Positions 23,801 through 31,992 of a DNA stretch of 34,849 bases are shown here, piece by piece; positions within the stretch are counted from its first letter, which is position 1, and every line of letters starts with the position of its first letter. The stretch lies in NCBI GenBank assembly GCA_007125475.1, contig SLDB01000003.1:1-34849 (forward strand). The letters are read 5' to 3'. Made by a program: the position numbers and the translations under genes. A model generated the notes under the pieces. That model was not told the DNA's origin and made no database searches. It saw nothing but the letters and a program-made list of their open reading frames with translations. This DNA comes from Nitriliruptoraceae bacterium (GTDB lineage: Bacteria > Actinomycetota > Nitriliruptoria > Nitriliruptorales > Nitriliruptoraceae).

Positions 23801-26434
23801 CGCGGGCGCGTGATCGCGGTCTCGGCCACCGCCGAGGACCTTTCCGAGGCCCTCGCGGTCGCCGGCGAGCTCACCACCGACCTCCCCGACGACGCCGAGG
23901 CCGGAGCCGCCGCCGACATCTACCTGACGTGGAGCGACGCCCCGACCGACCTCGACGTCCTCGCCGCCGGGCTGGAGGCCGACCTCGACGCCGCGGGCCT
24001 CCCCGAGGAGCTGCGCCGGGTGACGCTGTCGGTGACGGTGACGCCCGGCGACTCCCCCGACGAGATCCAGCGGCCATCCGTCGAGCACCTCACCTTCCGG
24101 CGGGAGACGGTCGGGTACCGGGAACGCCGGCACCTGCGCGGCATCCACCCGCTGGTCGCCGGGCGCCTCGACCTGTGGCGGTTCGAGAACTTCCGGCTCA
24201 CCCGCCTGCCCACCGCCGACGACGGCGTGTACCTGTTCCACGCGACCGCCCGGGAGCACCCCGAGGACGTGCGACTGTTCGCCCTCGCCGAGGTGCGTGA
24301 CCTCACCGCCCACCGCGGCCCCGACGGGGAGGTCACCGCCCTGCCGGAGCTCGAACAGGTCCTGGCCGCGTGCCTCGACCACCTCCGCCAGGCCCGGGCG
24401 ACCTATCGCCCCGACGAGCTCCCCGACTGGAACCGTGTGGTGCTCAACGTCTGGCCGGTCGTCGATGTCCCGGTCGCCGAGCTCGAACCGGTGATCCGCC
24501 GGCTGGCCGGCACCACCGACGGGCTCGGGCTCGAACAGGTCACCGTCTACGCCCGCATCGCGACCCCCGACGGCGACGCCCGTCCGGTGATGGCGAGGCT
24601 GTCACGCCCCCCGGGGCAGGGTTTCACGCTGCGGATCACCGAACCGGCGACCGAGCCCCTGCAGCCGTTCGACGAGACCGCCCACAAGATCATGCGCGCC
24701 CGGCGCCGCGGGGGGATCTACCCCTACGAACTGGTCCCACTCATCACCCGTGACGGGGACCCGTCGGCCCCCGCACCCGACGAGAGCGTCGGGGCCGAAC
24801 CCAGCTTCGTCGAGTACGACCTCGACGCGGCCGGCGAGCTCACCCCGGTGGACCGCCCCCCCGGAGGGAACACCGCCGGGGTGGTGATCGGGGTGGTCCG
24901 CACCCGCACCCCGCGGTACCCGGAAGGGATGAAGCGGGTCGCGATCCTCGGCGACCCCACCCGCGGGCTGGGATCGATCGGGGAGGGTGAAGGCCGACGG
25001 GTACTTGCCGCACTCGACCTCGCCGAATCCCTCGACGTCCCGGTCGAATGGTTCGCGGTCTCGTCCGGTGCCCGGATCGCGATGGATTCGGGGACCGAGA
25101 ACATGGACTGGATCGGCCGCGTGCTGCGGCGGATCATCGAGTTCACCCAGGACGGACGCGAGATCAACATCGTCGTGGCCGGGATCAACGTCGGCGGCCA
25201 GCCGTACTGGAACGCCGAGGCCACGATGCTGATGCACACCCGGGGGATCCTGGTGATGACCCCGGACTCGGCGATGGTGCTCACCGGCAAGCAGGCCCTC
25301 GACTACTCGGGCGGGGTCTCGGCCGAGGACAACTTCGGGATCGGCGGCTACGACCGGGTGATGGGCCCGAACGGCCAGGCCCAGTACTGGGCACCGGACC
25401 TCGCCGCCGCCTGTGACGTGCTGTTCGCCCACTACGCCCACGCCTACGTCGCGCCCGGCGAGCGCTTCCCCCGTCCGTCGCCGTCGAACGATCCGGTCGA
25501 CCGGGACGTACGCGACCACCCGCACGACGTCGAGGACGTCGACTTCACCACCGTCGGCGAGATCTTCTCCGAATCCACGAACCCGGGGCGCAAGAAGCCG
25601 TTCGACATCCGTACCGTGATCCGTTCGGTCGCCGACCTGGACCACGAGATCCTCGAACGCTGGAGGGACATGGCCGACGCCGGGGTCGCCGTCGTCTGCG
25701 ACGCCCACCTGGGTGGCACCCCGGTGACGATCATCGGTGTGGAGTCGCGACCGCTTCCCCGGCGTGGACCGATCCCGGCCGACGGCCCGGACCGGTGGAC
25801 GGCCGGGACCCTGTTCCCCCGCGGGTCGAAGAAGGTGGCCCGGGGGCTGAACGCCGCCAGTGGGGTCCGCCCCGCCGTCGTCCTGGCGAACCTCTCCGGG
25901 TTCGACGGCTCACCGGAGTCGCTGCGCGAGCTGCAACTGGAGTACGGCGCCGAGATCGGTCGTGCCGTGGTGAACTTCGACGGCCCGATCGTGTTCTGCG
26001 TGATCTCGCGGTACCACGGCGGCGCGTTCGTGGTGTTCTCCAAGACCCTCAACGAGGACCTCGAAGTCGCCGCCGTGGAGGGCTCGCACGCCTCGGTGAT
26101 CGGCGGTCAGCCCGCCGCCGCCGTGGTGTTCGCCGGGGAGGTCAACGCCCGCACGGACCGCGACGAGCGCGTGGCGGCGCTGCGTGAGGCACTCGACGAC
26201 GCCGGCGAGGCCGACGTCGCGGCGGTGCAGGCCCGCCTCGAGCAGGTCCGGGCCGACGTCCGATCCGAGAAGCTGGGCGAGGTGGCCGCCGAGTTCGACG
26301 CCGTGCACTCAATCGAACGGGCACAGCGTGTCGGTTCGGTGGACGAGATCGTCCCCGCGGCCCGCCTGCGGCCCTACCTCGTCGAGGCGGTACGGCGGGG
26401 GATCGACCGCGTCGAGGCGCGCCCTCGGCGGTGA
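20864..26434 (+). CDS. single-chain multidomain biotin-dependent acyl-CoA carboxylase (BC - BCCP - central region - CT)
   Basis: BC motifs: IAIVNRGEPAMR, MIKASAGGGGRGIR, EVNTRLQVEHPVTE. Biotinyl motif AVLESMKMET. Carboxyltransferase N and C subdomains (e.g. VVAGINVGGQPYWNAEA, VVLANLSGFDGSPESL, RYHGGAFVVFS). AGGAGG lies 4 nt before GTG 20864, and the track start at 20819 is an alternative. Confidence 0.93.
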   Translation: MFERIAIVNRGEPAMRLIHAVRELRQVDGSRPRTVALHTDAERGAMFVREADEAVRIGPGPGEPAPAVNPYLDHDELERALVASGADAAWVGWGFVAEDPRFAELCERIGVTFVGPSAAVMRKLGEKVGAKLLAEEAGVPVARWSSGPVADVDEAATHADAIGYPLMIKASAGGGGRGIRRVNHHGELAGAFVRARDEAQRSFGDPTLFMERVVADAHHVEVQIIADGHGGVWAPGVRDCTLQRRNQKVIEESASTALTADQEDRLREAASALAREAGYAGAGTVEFLYQPQEDLFAFLEVNTRLQVEHPVTELTTGLDLVALQLHVAAGGRLEGDSPPPSGHAIEVRLNAEDPERGFAPASGRIELLTMPVGPGIRIDTGVVEGDEISPDYDSMVAKIIAYGTDRTHALNRLRRALEQTTVLVEGGTTNRAFLLALLNEPDVIAGDVDTQWLDRLTADGGYRFATRGDVALVAAAIDAYEARTALDRDRFYASAARGRPQADPEVPREVDLRLGGTAYRLSVAQTGPDRYLVATDGVRVLAAVERLRRYERRLRIEDQRFRIVAITQGADRLIEVDGVPHRISQDDAGLVRTPGPSVVVSITVAEGDHVAAGATIAVLESMKMETAVHAPFDGVVTDVLASASVQLDAGAPLLRLEPAGDDEDTPASDEERVTFDDLARADGPGPQDAAAAVDVLYRLVLGYDVPDDRIPRLLEVLEASGDDTDRDLFRAELRVLHAYADVASLSRNRRLGDEEDLAESHSAREYLHAFLRSLDADAEALPESFRAKLRRALAHHGVTSLERSQELEEALFRTHLAQQRTQAHLTVVLALLQRRLRNQRPEAGELADELRDTLDRVIQATQVRQPVVGDLARRARYRCFDQPRLERQRAETYARVREHLEVIADPDAPDRDERMTELVATPEPLLGLLEDQVVSEGGLAPMLELLTRRYYRTRQLESVRSVDVPGRNAVVADFVDPRGRGRVIAVSATAEDLSEALAVAGELTTDLPDDAEAGAAADIYLTWSDAPTDLDVLAAGLEADLDAAGLPEELRRVTLSVTVTPGDSPDEIQRPSVEHLTFRRETVGYRERRHLRGIHPLVAGRLDLWRFENFRLTRLPTADDGVYLFHATAREHPEDVRLFALAEVRDLTAHRGPDGEVTALPELEQVLAACLDHLRQARATYRPDELPDWNRVVLNVWPVVDVPVAELEPVIRRLAGTTDGLGLEQVTVYARIATPDGDARPVMARLSRPPGQGFTLRITEPATEPLQPFDETAHKIMRARRRGGIYPYELVPLITRDGDPSAPAPDESVGAEPSFVEYDLDAAGELTPVDRPPGGNTAGVVIGVVRTRTPRYPEGMKRVAILGDPTRGLGSIGEGEGRRVLAALDLAESLDVPVEWFAVSSGARIAMDSGTENMDWIGRVLRRIIEFTQDGREINIVVAGINVGGQPYWNAEATMLMHTRGILVMTPDSAMVLTGKQALDYSGGVSAEDNFGIGGYDRVMGPNGQAQYWAPDLAAACDVLFAHYAHAYVAPGERFPRPSPSNDPVDRDVRDHPHDVEDVDFTTVGEIFSESTNPGRKKPFDIRTVIRSVADLDHEILERWRDMADAGVAVVCDAHLGGTPVTIIGVESRPLPRRGPIPADGPDRWTAGTLFPRGSKKVARGLNAASGVRPAVVLANLSGFDGSPESLRELQLEYGAEIGRAVVNFDGPIVFCVISRYHGGAFVVFSKTLNEDLEVAAVEGSHASVIGGQPAAAVVFAGEVNARTDRDERVAALREALDDAGEADVAAVQARLEQVRADVRSEKLGEVAAEFDAVHSIERAQRVGSVDEIVPAARLRPYLVEAVRRGIDRVEARPRR

Positions 26435-26496
26435 CGAAACCGGCGGCGCCGCGGCGCACCCCGTCGGGAACGAAACCGGCGGCGCCGCGGCGCACC
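26425..26496. repeat. 36-bp direct repeat x2 (27-bp perfect core) beginning at the carboxylase stop codon
   Basis: acgaaaccggcggcgccgcggcgcacc occurs at 26434-26460 and 26470-26496. Each copy holds the 12-bp palindrome gcgccgcggcgc. A weak hairpin gcacc-tgct-ggtgc lies at 26492-26505. Confidence 0.9.
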
Positions 26497-26506
26497 TGCT
26501 GGTGCC

Positions 26507-26902
26507 TCAGCCCTGCTGTGCCTGGGCATCGCCTCCGGCCTGGGCCTCCTGCTCGGCGATCTGGCGGTGGATGTCGTCCATGTCCAGTTCCTTGACCTGA
26601 CCGATGAGGTCCCGCAGCGATTCGGCCGGGAGCGCCCCTGCCTGGTTGAACACCAGCACGTTCTCGCGGAACGCCATCAACGTCGGGATCGAGCGGATCC
26701 CGAACGCGGCAGCGAGCTCCTGCTCGGCTTCGGTGTCGACCTTGGCGAACACGACGTCGTCGTGCTCGGTGGAGACCTCGTCGTAGATCGGGGCGAACGT
26801 CTTGCACGGGCCGCACCACTCCGCCCAGAAGTCGACGAGGACGATCTCGTTGTCGTCGACGGTGTCGCGGAAGGTCTCGGCGTTCAGGTTAGTCGTCGGC
26901 AT
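26507..26902 (-). CDS. trxA: thioredoxin
   Basis: WCGPC active site in the VLVDFWAEWCGPCK context. GGAGGA lies 3 nt before ATG 26902. About 25 aa of Q/A-rich C-terminal tail. Confidence 0.92.
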   Translation of the reverse strand: MPTTNLNAETFRDTVDDNEIVLVDFWAEWCGPCKTFAPIYDEVSTEHDDVVFAKVDTEAEQELAAAFGIRSIPTLMAFRENVLVFNQAGALPAESLRDLIGQVKELDMDDIHRQIAEQEAQAGGDAQAQQG

Positions 26903-26920
26903 ACATCCTCCGTCGTGGAG

Positions 26921-26944
26921 TTGGTGTTGGTGTTGGTGTTGGTC
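26921..26944. repeat. hexanucleotide microsatellite (ttggtg)x3 + ttggtc, i.e. (CACCAA)n in the trx leader
   Basis: Direct reading. It lies 19-42 nt upstream of the trx ATG on the minus strand. Confidence 0.92.
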
Positions 26945-27550
26945 GCGGTCGTGATGTCGTTGGGAGGTTCGACGCCTCGGGCGGTTCGTCGCTTCGTCGC
27001 GTCGGGCCTCTCGGGGCACCGAGGGCTCGGAGGCGCCGTCTGTTTGGTCTGCTTGGCGGGTGCGCGGCGCCGTCTGCTTCGCGGCGCCGTCGGGACAAAG
27101 CGCCGGCGTGCAGCAATGTCCCTGGGGAACGTCGGAGATCGGGCCACGCATTCCCGAGGCTGCGCTGATCGGTTCGGCGCCGACCACTCGCCTCGGAGCG
27201 AACCCGGGCGGACCCGCGTCACCACCGGCTGTCGATCGGCGAGGGCAAACCCGGGTCTCACCTGGTCCGTTCACCGGACGTGATCACCCGAGCTCGGCAC
27301 GGTCCCGCTCGCCGGAGGCTGCACACCGGCGAGGTACGGCCCCGATCACGTATCGAACGGACCCCACCGTTCGGACCTTCGGGACGACATCGGGGACACG
27401 GCGTGTTTGTACCGTTGAACCCGCACATCATCCCGGTGACGAGATGACAGGTGATGACACCGGTACCGACCACCTCCCGGCGGCGCGATTCCCGTGACAC
27501 CGCCGGGGTTTCGACTGCGTGACCCGACACGACGGCGAGGAGCGACCACC

Positions 27551-28219
27551 GTGGAGGACGACCGCCGAGAACGTCGCAGCGTCGAGGAGCGACGTGGTGA
27601 ACTCGTCGACGCCGCGATCTCCCTCGTCGCGGAAGAGGGGTTGTCGAACGCCACCACTCGGAGGATCACCGACCGCGCCGGCGTCGCGCTCGGAGCCTTC
27701 CATTACGCCTTCGCGTCGAAGGCGGAACTCGTCGCGGCGGTGATGGACCGGATCAGTTCGCGGCTGGAGTCCGCCCTCGACGTCAGCGTTGCGCCGGGCA
27801 CGTCGTCCGATGTCGCGGCACGGCGGGTCCTCGAGGCCCACGCCGAACTCGTCGCCGCCGATCCGCCACTGCAACTCGCACGGCAGGAACTGCTGGTGCG
27901 TGCCCTGCGTGACCCGGCTCTGCAGTCCCTCGTCGCCGAGCAGCGTCACCGCGTGGTCGCCGCGATCCACCGATCGCTGACCGCGGCCGCCGCGCCCGGT
28001 GCCACGGCCGGTGCGAGGGGCACCGACCGGGACGGCGCTGGGGGCGGCCGGGCGTGGTCCGACACCGTCCCCGAAGCGCTCGCCGGCTACCTCGCCGCGA
28101 CGTTGGACGGGCTGGTCCTGCACCGCCACCTCGACCCGTCCGGAGCGGACGGACGTGATGCCCTGCACAGCGAGGCCATCACGGCCATCACCACAGGCCG
28201 GCGCGATCCAGTGCGATGA
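27551..28219 (+). CDS. TetR/AcrR family transcriptional regulator
   Basis: HTH region RRGELVDAAISLVAEEGLSNATTRRITDRAGVALGAFHYAFASKAELV. GAGGAG lies 7 nt before GTG 27551, and the track start at 27494 is an alternative. Confidence 0.85.
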   Translation: MEDDRRERRSVEERRGELVDAAISLVAEEGLSNATTRRITDRAGVALGAFHYAFASKAELVAAVMDRISSRLESALDVSVAPGTSSDVAARRVLEAHAELVAADPPLQLARQELLVRALRDPALQSLVAEQRHRVVAAIHRSLTAAAAPGATAGARGTDRDGAGGGRAWSDTVPEALAGYLAATLDGLVLHRHLDPSGADGRDALHSEAITAITTGRRDPVR

Positions 28220-28427
28220 CCCCGATCGCCGTGAGGACGACGCCGACGCCCACACGAATCCACAGCCCGATGAGCTTGCCACTCGAGGGGTCCGCCACCT
28301 CTGTGCTCCCGGGGAACGTGCCGGTGCGGTGATAGCGGATCAACGCGGCCAGCGTGCCGACGGCCATCGCGGCGCCGGCAGCTCCGAACGATCCGACGAT
28401 CAGGAACGCCCACGACGTCTCGCCCAT
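28188..28427 (-). CDS. small two-helix membrane protein, function unknown
   Basis: Two clear hydrophobic helices. GGAGG lies 6 nt before ATG 28427. The gene overlaps the TetR 3' end by 32 nt, convergently. Confidence 0.6.
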   Translation of the reverse strand: MGETSWAFLIVGSFGAAGAAMAVGTLAALIRYHRTGTFPGSTEVADPSSGKLIGLWIRVGVGVVLTAIGVIALDRAGLW

Positions 28428-28649
28428 CACCTACCTCCGTGTGCGTCGGGGGCAGTGTACGAGCCTGGCGGGCGAGCCCGATTCGTCGGCCGGGCGAGCC
28501 TGATCGTCGGCAGCGGGAGCCCGGTCGCTGGCCAGGTGAGCCCGTTCGTCGGTGATACGTCCCGGTACCGTGGGGCTGGATCACCACATCCGATGCGCAC
28601 AGCCGCTCGTGCGTGAGCGGCACATTCTGAACGACGGGGAGGCGGGGCC

Positions 28650-29093
28650 GTGCGTGAGCCGTCCACGACATTTCGAGGTATCACGGCCGGCCTGCTGGCG
28701 GCGTTCGCCCTGTTCGCGGCCGCCTGCGGAACCGACACGGACGGCGCGACGGACCCGGTGGGTGACGACGAGTCCTCAGATGACACGACGGCACCGGGAT
28801 CCGACGACGCCGCGGACGGGGAGGCGCACCTCGCTGACGAGGTCGCGGCCGCGGTCGACGACCTCGCCGACACCGCGGACCTGGATCCTGCCGACATCGA
28901 GGTGGTGACGACGGAGCTGGTGACCTGGCGGGACGGGTCGCTCGGGTGCCCCGAACCGGACCAGGCTTACACGCAGGCCCTCGTCGACGGCTATCGGATC
29001 GTGCTGCGAGCCGAAGGCACCGAGTACGCCTATCACGGTGAGGAGGGTGGTACGCCCTTCCACTGTGACGATCCCCAGGAACCTGCCGACTAG
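28650..29093 (+). CDS. secreted lipoprotein, function unknown
   Basis: ITAGLLAAFALFAAACGTD has an AAAC lipobox. An acidic linker is followed by a small 2-Cys domain (WRDGSLGCPEPDQAYTQALVDGYRIVL...FHCDDP). Confidence 0.7.
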   Translation: MREPSTTFRGITAGLLAAFALFAAACGTDTDGATDPVGDDESSDDTTAPGSDDAADGEAHLADEVAAAVDDLADTADLDPADIEVVTTELVTWRDGSLGCPEPDQAYTQALVDGYRIVLRAEGTEYAYHGEEGGTPFHCDDPQEPAD

Positions 29094-29153
29094 AGCACCT
29101 GCCGACGCAACCGGGTAGGCACCGAACGCGGCCCCGACGCCCCGGCCGGTCAC

Positions 29154-29229
29154 AGCCGGAACGTGCCGCCCAAGCGACACCGACCGGTCGCAGCCGGAGC
29201 CTGCCGCCCACGCGACACCTGCCGGTCAG
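29154..29229. repeat. 38-bp tandem repeat x2, second copy ending on the yqgE-like stop codon
   Basis: 29154-29191 agccggaacgtgccgcccaagcgacaccgaccggtcgc versus 29192-29229 agccggagcctgccgcccacgcgacacctgccggtcag. The stop tca lies at 29226-29228. Confidence 0.85.
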
Positions 29230-29777
29230 TTCCGGGCGGGGTCCTCCGGGTAGGTCGCCAGGAGCCGCAACCCACCGCGTTGCCGGCGCAGGACGTGGTG
29301 CCACAGGCCGTCGGGATCGTCGGTGAAGACGTCGCCCGGATCGGCGTCGACCGGGAACCACGCGCCGTCGTCGATCTCGACCTCGAGCTGATCAGGGCCC
29401 CAGCCGGCGTACCCGGCGAACAGGCGGATGCGCTCGAGTTCGGTGGCGGCGAGCACCGGGTCCTCCTCGAGGTTGACCAGGCGGACGCGATCGAGGATCG
29501 CGGTGGCCCCGTCCGGGGCCGACGACTCACGGGCGGTTCCGAGTGCGACGACCGCGGTCGGCTCGACCGGTCCACCACCGAAGACGACGGCCGGGGCGGC
29601 CGCGAGGTCGACCCAGTCGGCGAGGGTCTCGTCGACGGTGATCGTGGAGGCGCGGTTCAGAACGACCCCCAACGCGCCGTCCTCGTCGTGGTCGAGTACG
29701 AGGATCACCGACCGGAGGAAGTTGGGGTCCTCCAGGGTGGGGGCGGCGACGAGCAGGCGTCCGGTGTGCCAGGGCAT
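29226..29777 (-). CDS. YqgE/AlgH family protein (UPF0301)
   Basis: GRLLVAAPTLEDPNFLRSVILVLDHDEDGALGVVLNR and FAGYAGWGPDQLEVEI motifs. Confidence 0.88.
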   Translation of the reverse strand: MPWHTGRLLVAAPTLEDPNFLRSVILVLDHDEDGALGVVLNRASTITVDETLADWVDLAAAPAVVFGGGPVEPTAVVALGTARESSAPDGATAILDRVRLVNLEEDPVLAATELERIRLFAGYAGWGPDQLEVEIDDGAWFPVDADPGDVFTDDPDGLWHHVLRRQRGGLRLLATYPEDPARN

Positions 29778-29851
29778 CAGCGTCCCTCCTACCGCCCACG
29801 TTACCGGTGCACCGACCGGCACCGAGGCAGCCAGGAGGTGTGCCGCCGCGG

Positions 29852-31282
29852 TCAGATCGGGGTGTCGGCGACCGACCCGGCAGGGGCGCGTGCGAGGTTG
29901 GCGAACTTCGTGAGGTGGTTGAGGAACGCCAGCCGGACGATCCCGGTCGCCCCGTTGCGGTGCTTGGCGATGATCAGCTCGGCGATGCCCTTGTCGGGGC
30001 TGTCCTCGTCGTAGACCTCGTCGCGGTAGATGAACCCGACGATGTCGGCGTCCTGCTCGATCGACCCGCTCTCCCTCAGGTCGGCGAGCTGAGGTCGCTT
30101 GTCCGTGCGTGACTCGGGCTGTCGTGACAGCTGCGAGAGCGCGATCACCGGCACGTCGAGCTCCTTGGCCAGCATCTTGAGTCCCCGGGAGATCTCGGCG
30201 ACCTCCTGCTGGCGGGAGTCGACCCGACGGTGCGACTGCATCAACTGCAGGTAGTCGACGACGACGAGGCCGAGGCCGTGCTTCTGCTTCAGCCGCCGGC
30301 ACTTCGCCCGGATCTCCATCAGCGTGATCGACGGGGTGTCGTCGATGAACAGCGGCGCCTCGGCCAGGGTGCCCAGCGCGTCGCCGAGCTTCCGCCAGTC
30401 GGCGTCCTCGAGGCGCCCGGTCCTCAGTCGCGAGGAGTCGATCCGGGCCTCGGCGGAGAGGAGGCGGTTGACGATCTCGAGCTTGGACATCTCCAGGCTG
30501 AACATCAGGGCGGGGGTGTCGAGCTTCGCGGCGGCGAAATGGCACACCCCGAGCGCAAGGCTGGACTTCCCCATCGCCGGCCGGGCGGCGAGGATCACCA
30601 GGTTCTGTGGCTGCAGCCCGGCAGTGAGCCGGTCGAGGTCGTCGAACCCGGTCGCGAGCCCGGTCACCTCGGACTTGCGTTCGGCGAGTTGCTCGATCTG
30701 CTCGAAGGAGCGGTTCAACAGTTCGCCGAGGCGCTCGTACTCCGAGGTGGTGTTCTCCTGCGCCACGTCGTAGATCAGCGACTCGGCCCGGTCGACGACG
30801 CTCTCGGCGTCGTCGGTGGCGTCGTACCCGAGCTTGGCGACCTGGGTCCCGGCGTCGATGAGCCGGCGCAGGAGCGACTTCTCCCGGACGATGCGGCCGT
30901 AGAACGCGGAGTTCGCCGCGGTCGGCACCGCGACGGTGAGTTCGTGGATCGCGGCGGCGCCGCCGACCTCGTCGAGGCGGTCACGACGCGACAACCAGTC
31001 GGTGACGGTGACCGTGTCGACCGGCTCACCGGTCGCCGTCAACGCCTGGACGGCCTCGAACACGACGCGGTGGGCGTTGCGGTAGAAGTCCTCGGTGCGC
31101 AGGACCTCGACCGCGTCGGACGCCGCCGTGCGCGACAGCAGGGCGGCCCCGAGGACCGAGACCTCGGCCTCCAGCGAGTGGGGTGGGACCCGGTCGTAGG
31201 TGCGGCCGTCGCCGGAGGCACGGCCGGCACCGTCACCGGCCGTACCCGGCGCGTGGGGGGCGGGCGGGAACGCGTCGCTCAT
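29852..31282 (-). CDS. dnaB: replicative DNA helicase DnaB (no intein)
   Basis: PPHSLEAEVSVLGA N-terminus, Walker A ARPAMGKSSLAL, Walker B VVVDYLQLM, and IAKHRNG. Confidence 0.95.
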   Translation of the reverse strand: MSDAFPPAPHAPGTAGDGAGRASGDGRTYDRVPPHSLEAEVSVLGAALLSRTAASDAVEVLRTEDFYRNAHRVVFEAVQALTATGEPVDTVTVTDWLSRRDRLDEVGGAAAIHELTVAVPTAANSAFYGRIVREKSLLRRLIDAGTQVAKLGYDATDDAESVVDRAESLIYDVAQENTTSEYERLGELLNRSFEQIEQLAERKSEVTGLATGFDDLDRLTAGLQPQNLVILAARPAMGKSSLALGVCHFAAAKLDTPALMFSLEMSKLEIVNRLLSAEARIDSSRLRTGRLEDADWRKLGDALGTLAEAPLFIDDTPSITLMEIRAKCRRLKQKHGLGLVVVDYLQLMQSHRRVDSRQQEVAEISRGLKMLAKELDVPVIALSQLSRQPESRTDKRPQLADLRESGSIEQDADIVGFIYRDEVYDEDSPDKGIAELIIAKHRNGATGIVRLAFLNHLTKFANLARAPAGSVADTPI

Positions 31283-31321
31283 GGTGCGAACCTCACGTGA
31301 TCACGCCCATCCCCGACGCCT

Positions 31322-31981
31322 TCAGCCGCGGTCGGTCCCTGCGTCGGCCGCGGTGGCCTCGTCTGCGTCGCCGGCTGCGGCGGTGTCCGTGTCCCCGGCG
31401 ACGGCGGTGTCCGCGGCGTCCTCGGGCTCCGCTTCCTCGTCGTCGTACTCCGCAGCAGCCGCCAGGGCCTGCTGGGCGAGGAGCTCGGTCTCGTCGACCG
31501 GCTCGGGGTCCGCGACACCTTCACGGGTGACACGACCCTCCTCGTCGACGACCTCGACCTGCACGGTCGCCGAGATCTGCGGGTGGATCCGGACCGGGAC
31601 CTCGTACACCCCGATCTCCTTGATGGTGCCACGCAGATCGATCCGCTTGCGCTCGATGTCGTGACCGCGCTCCTTGAGGACCCGCTGGACGTCCTGTGCG
31701 CTCACCGAGCCGTACAACGACCCCCGGTCGTCGACACGTGCCGGGATGCGCAGGGTGCGGGACTCCAGGGCGTCCCGGGCCGCCTCGGCAGCCCCGAGCG
31801 TCTTCGCCTCACTGGCCTTGCGCGAGCGGATCAGCGCCTCGGCTTCCTTCATCGCCCCCTTCGTGGCCGGGATGGCCAGGCCGCGGGGGAGCAGGTAGTT
31901 GCGTCCGTAGCCGTCGGCGACGTCGACGAGATCGCCGGCGAGTCCGAGGTGGTCGACCTCACTCTTCAGGATGACCTTCAT
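31322..31981 (-). CDS. rplI: 50S ribosomal protein L9 with about 70-aa acidic C-terminal extension
   Basis: MKVILKSEVDHLGLAGDLVDVADGYGRNYLLPRGLA. The canonical L9 fold ends near ...HPQISATVQVEVV. Confidence 0.93.
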   Translation of the reverse strand: MKVILKSEVDHLGLAGDLVDVADGYGRNYLLPRGLAIPATKGAMKEAEALIRSRKASEAKTLGAAEAARDALESRTLRIPARVDDRGSLYGSVSAQDVQRVLKERGHDIERKRIDLRGTIKEIGVYEVPVRIHPQISATVQVEVVDEEGRVTREGVADPEPVDETELLAQQALAAAAEYDDEEAEPEDAADTAVAGDTDTAAAGDADEATAADAGTDRG

Positions 31982-31992
31982 CGTGACGCTCC

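Noticed and set aside
20510-24382. 1,290-aa ORF on the minus strand
   Set aside because: It is entirely antisense to the carboxylase gene. The translation is R/G/P/V-rich with no motif. This is the typical shadow ORF created by high third-position GC of the real gene.
26903-27274. N-terminal extension of thioredoxin to 255 aa (would encode HQHQHQHQ from the hexamer repeat)
   Set aside because: The upstream translation is R/P-rich junk. A strong GGAGGA SD sits right before the ATG at 26902, giving a normal-size thioredoxin.
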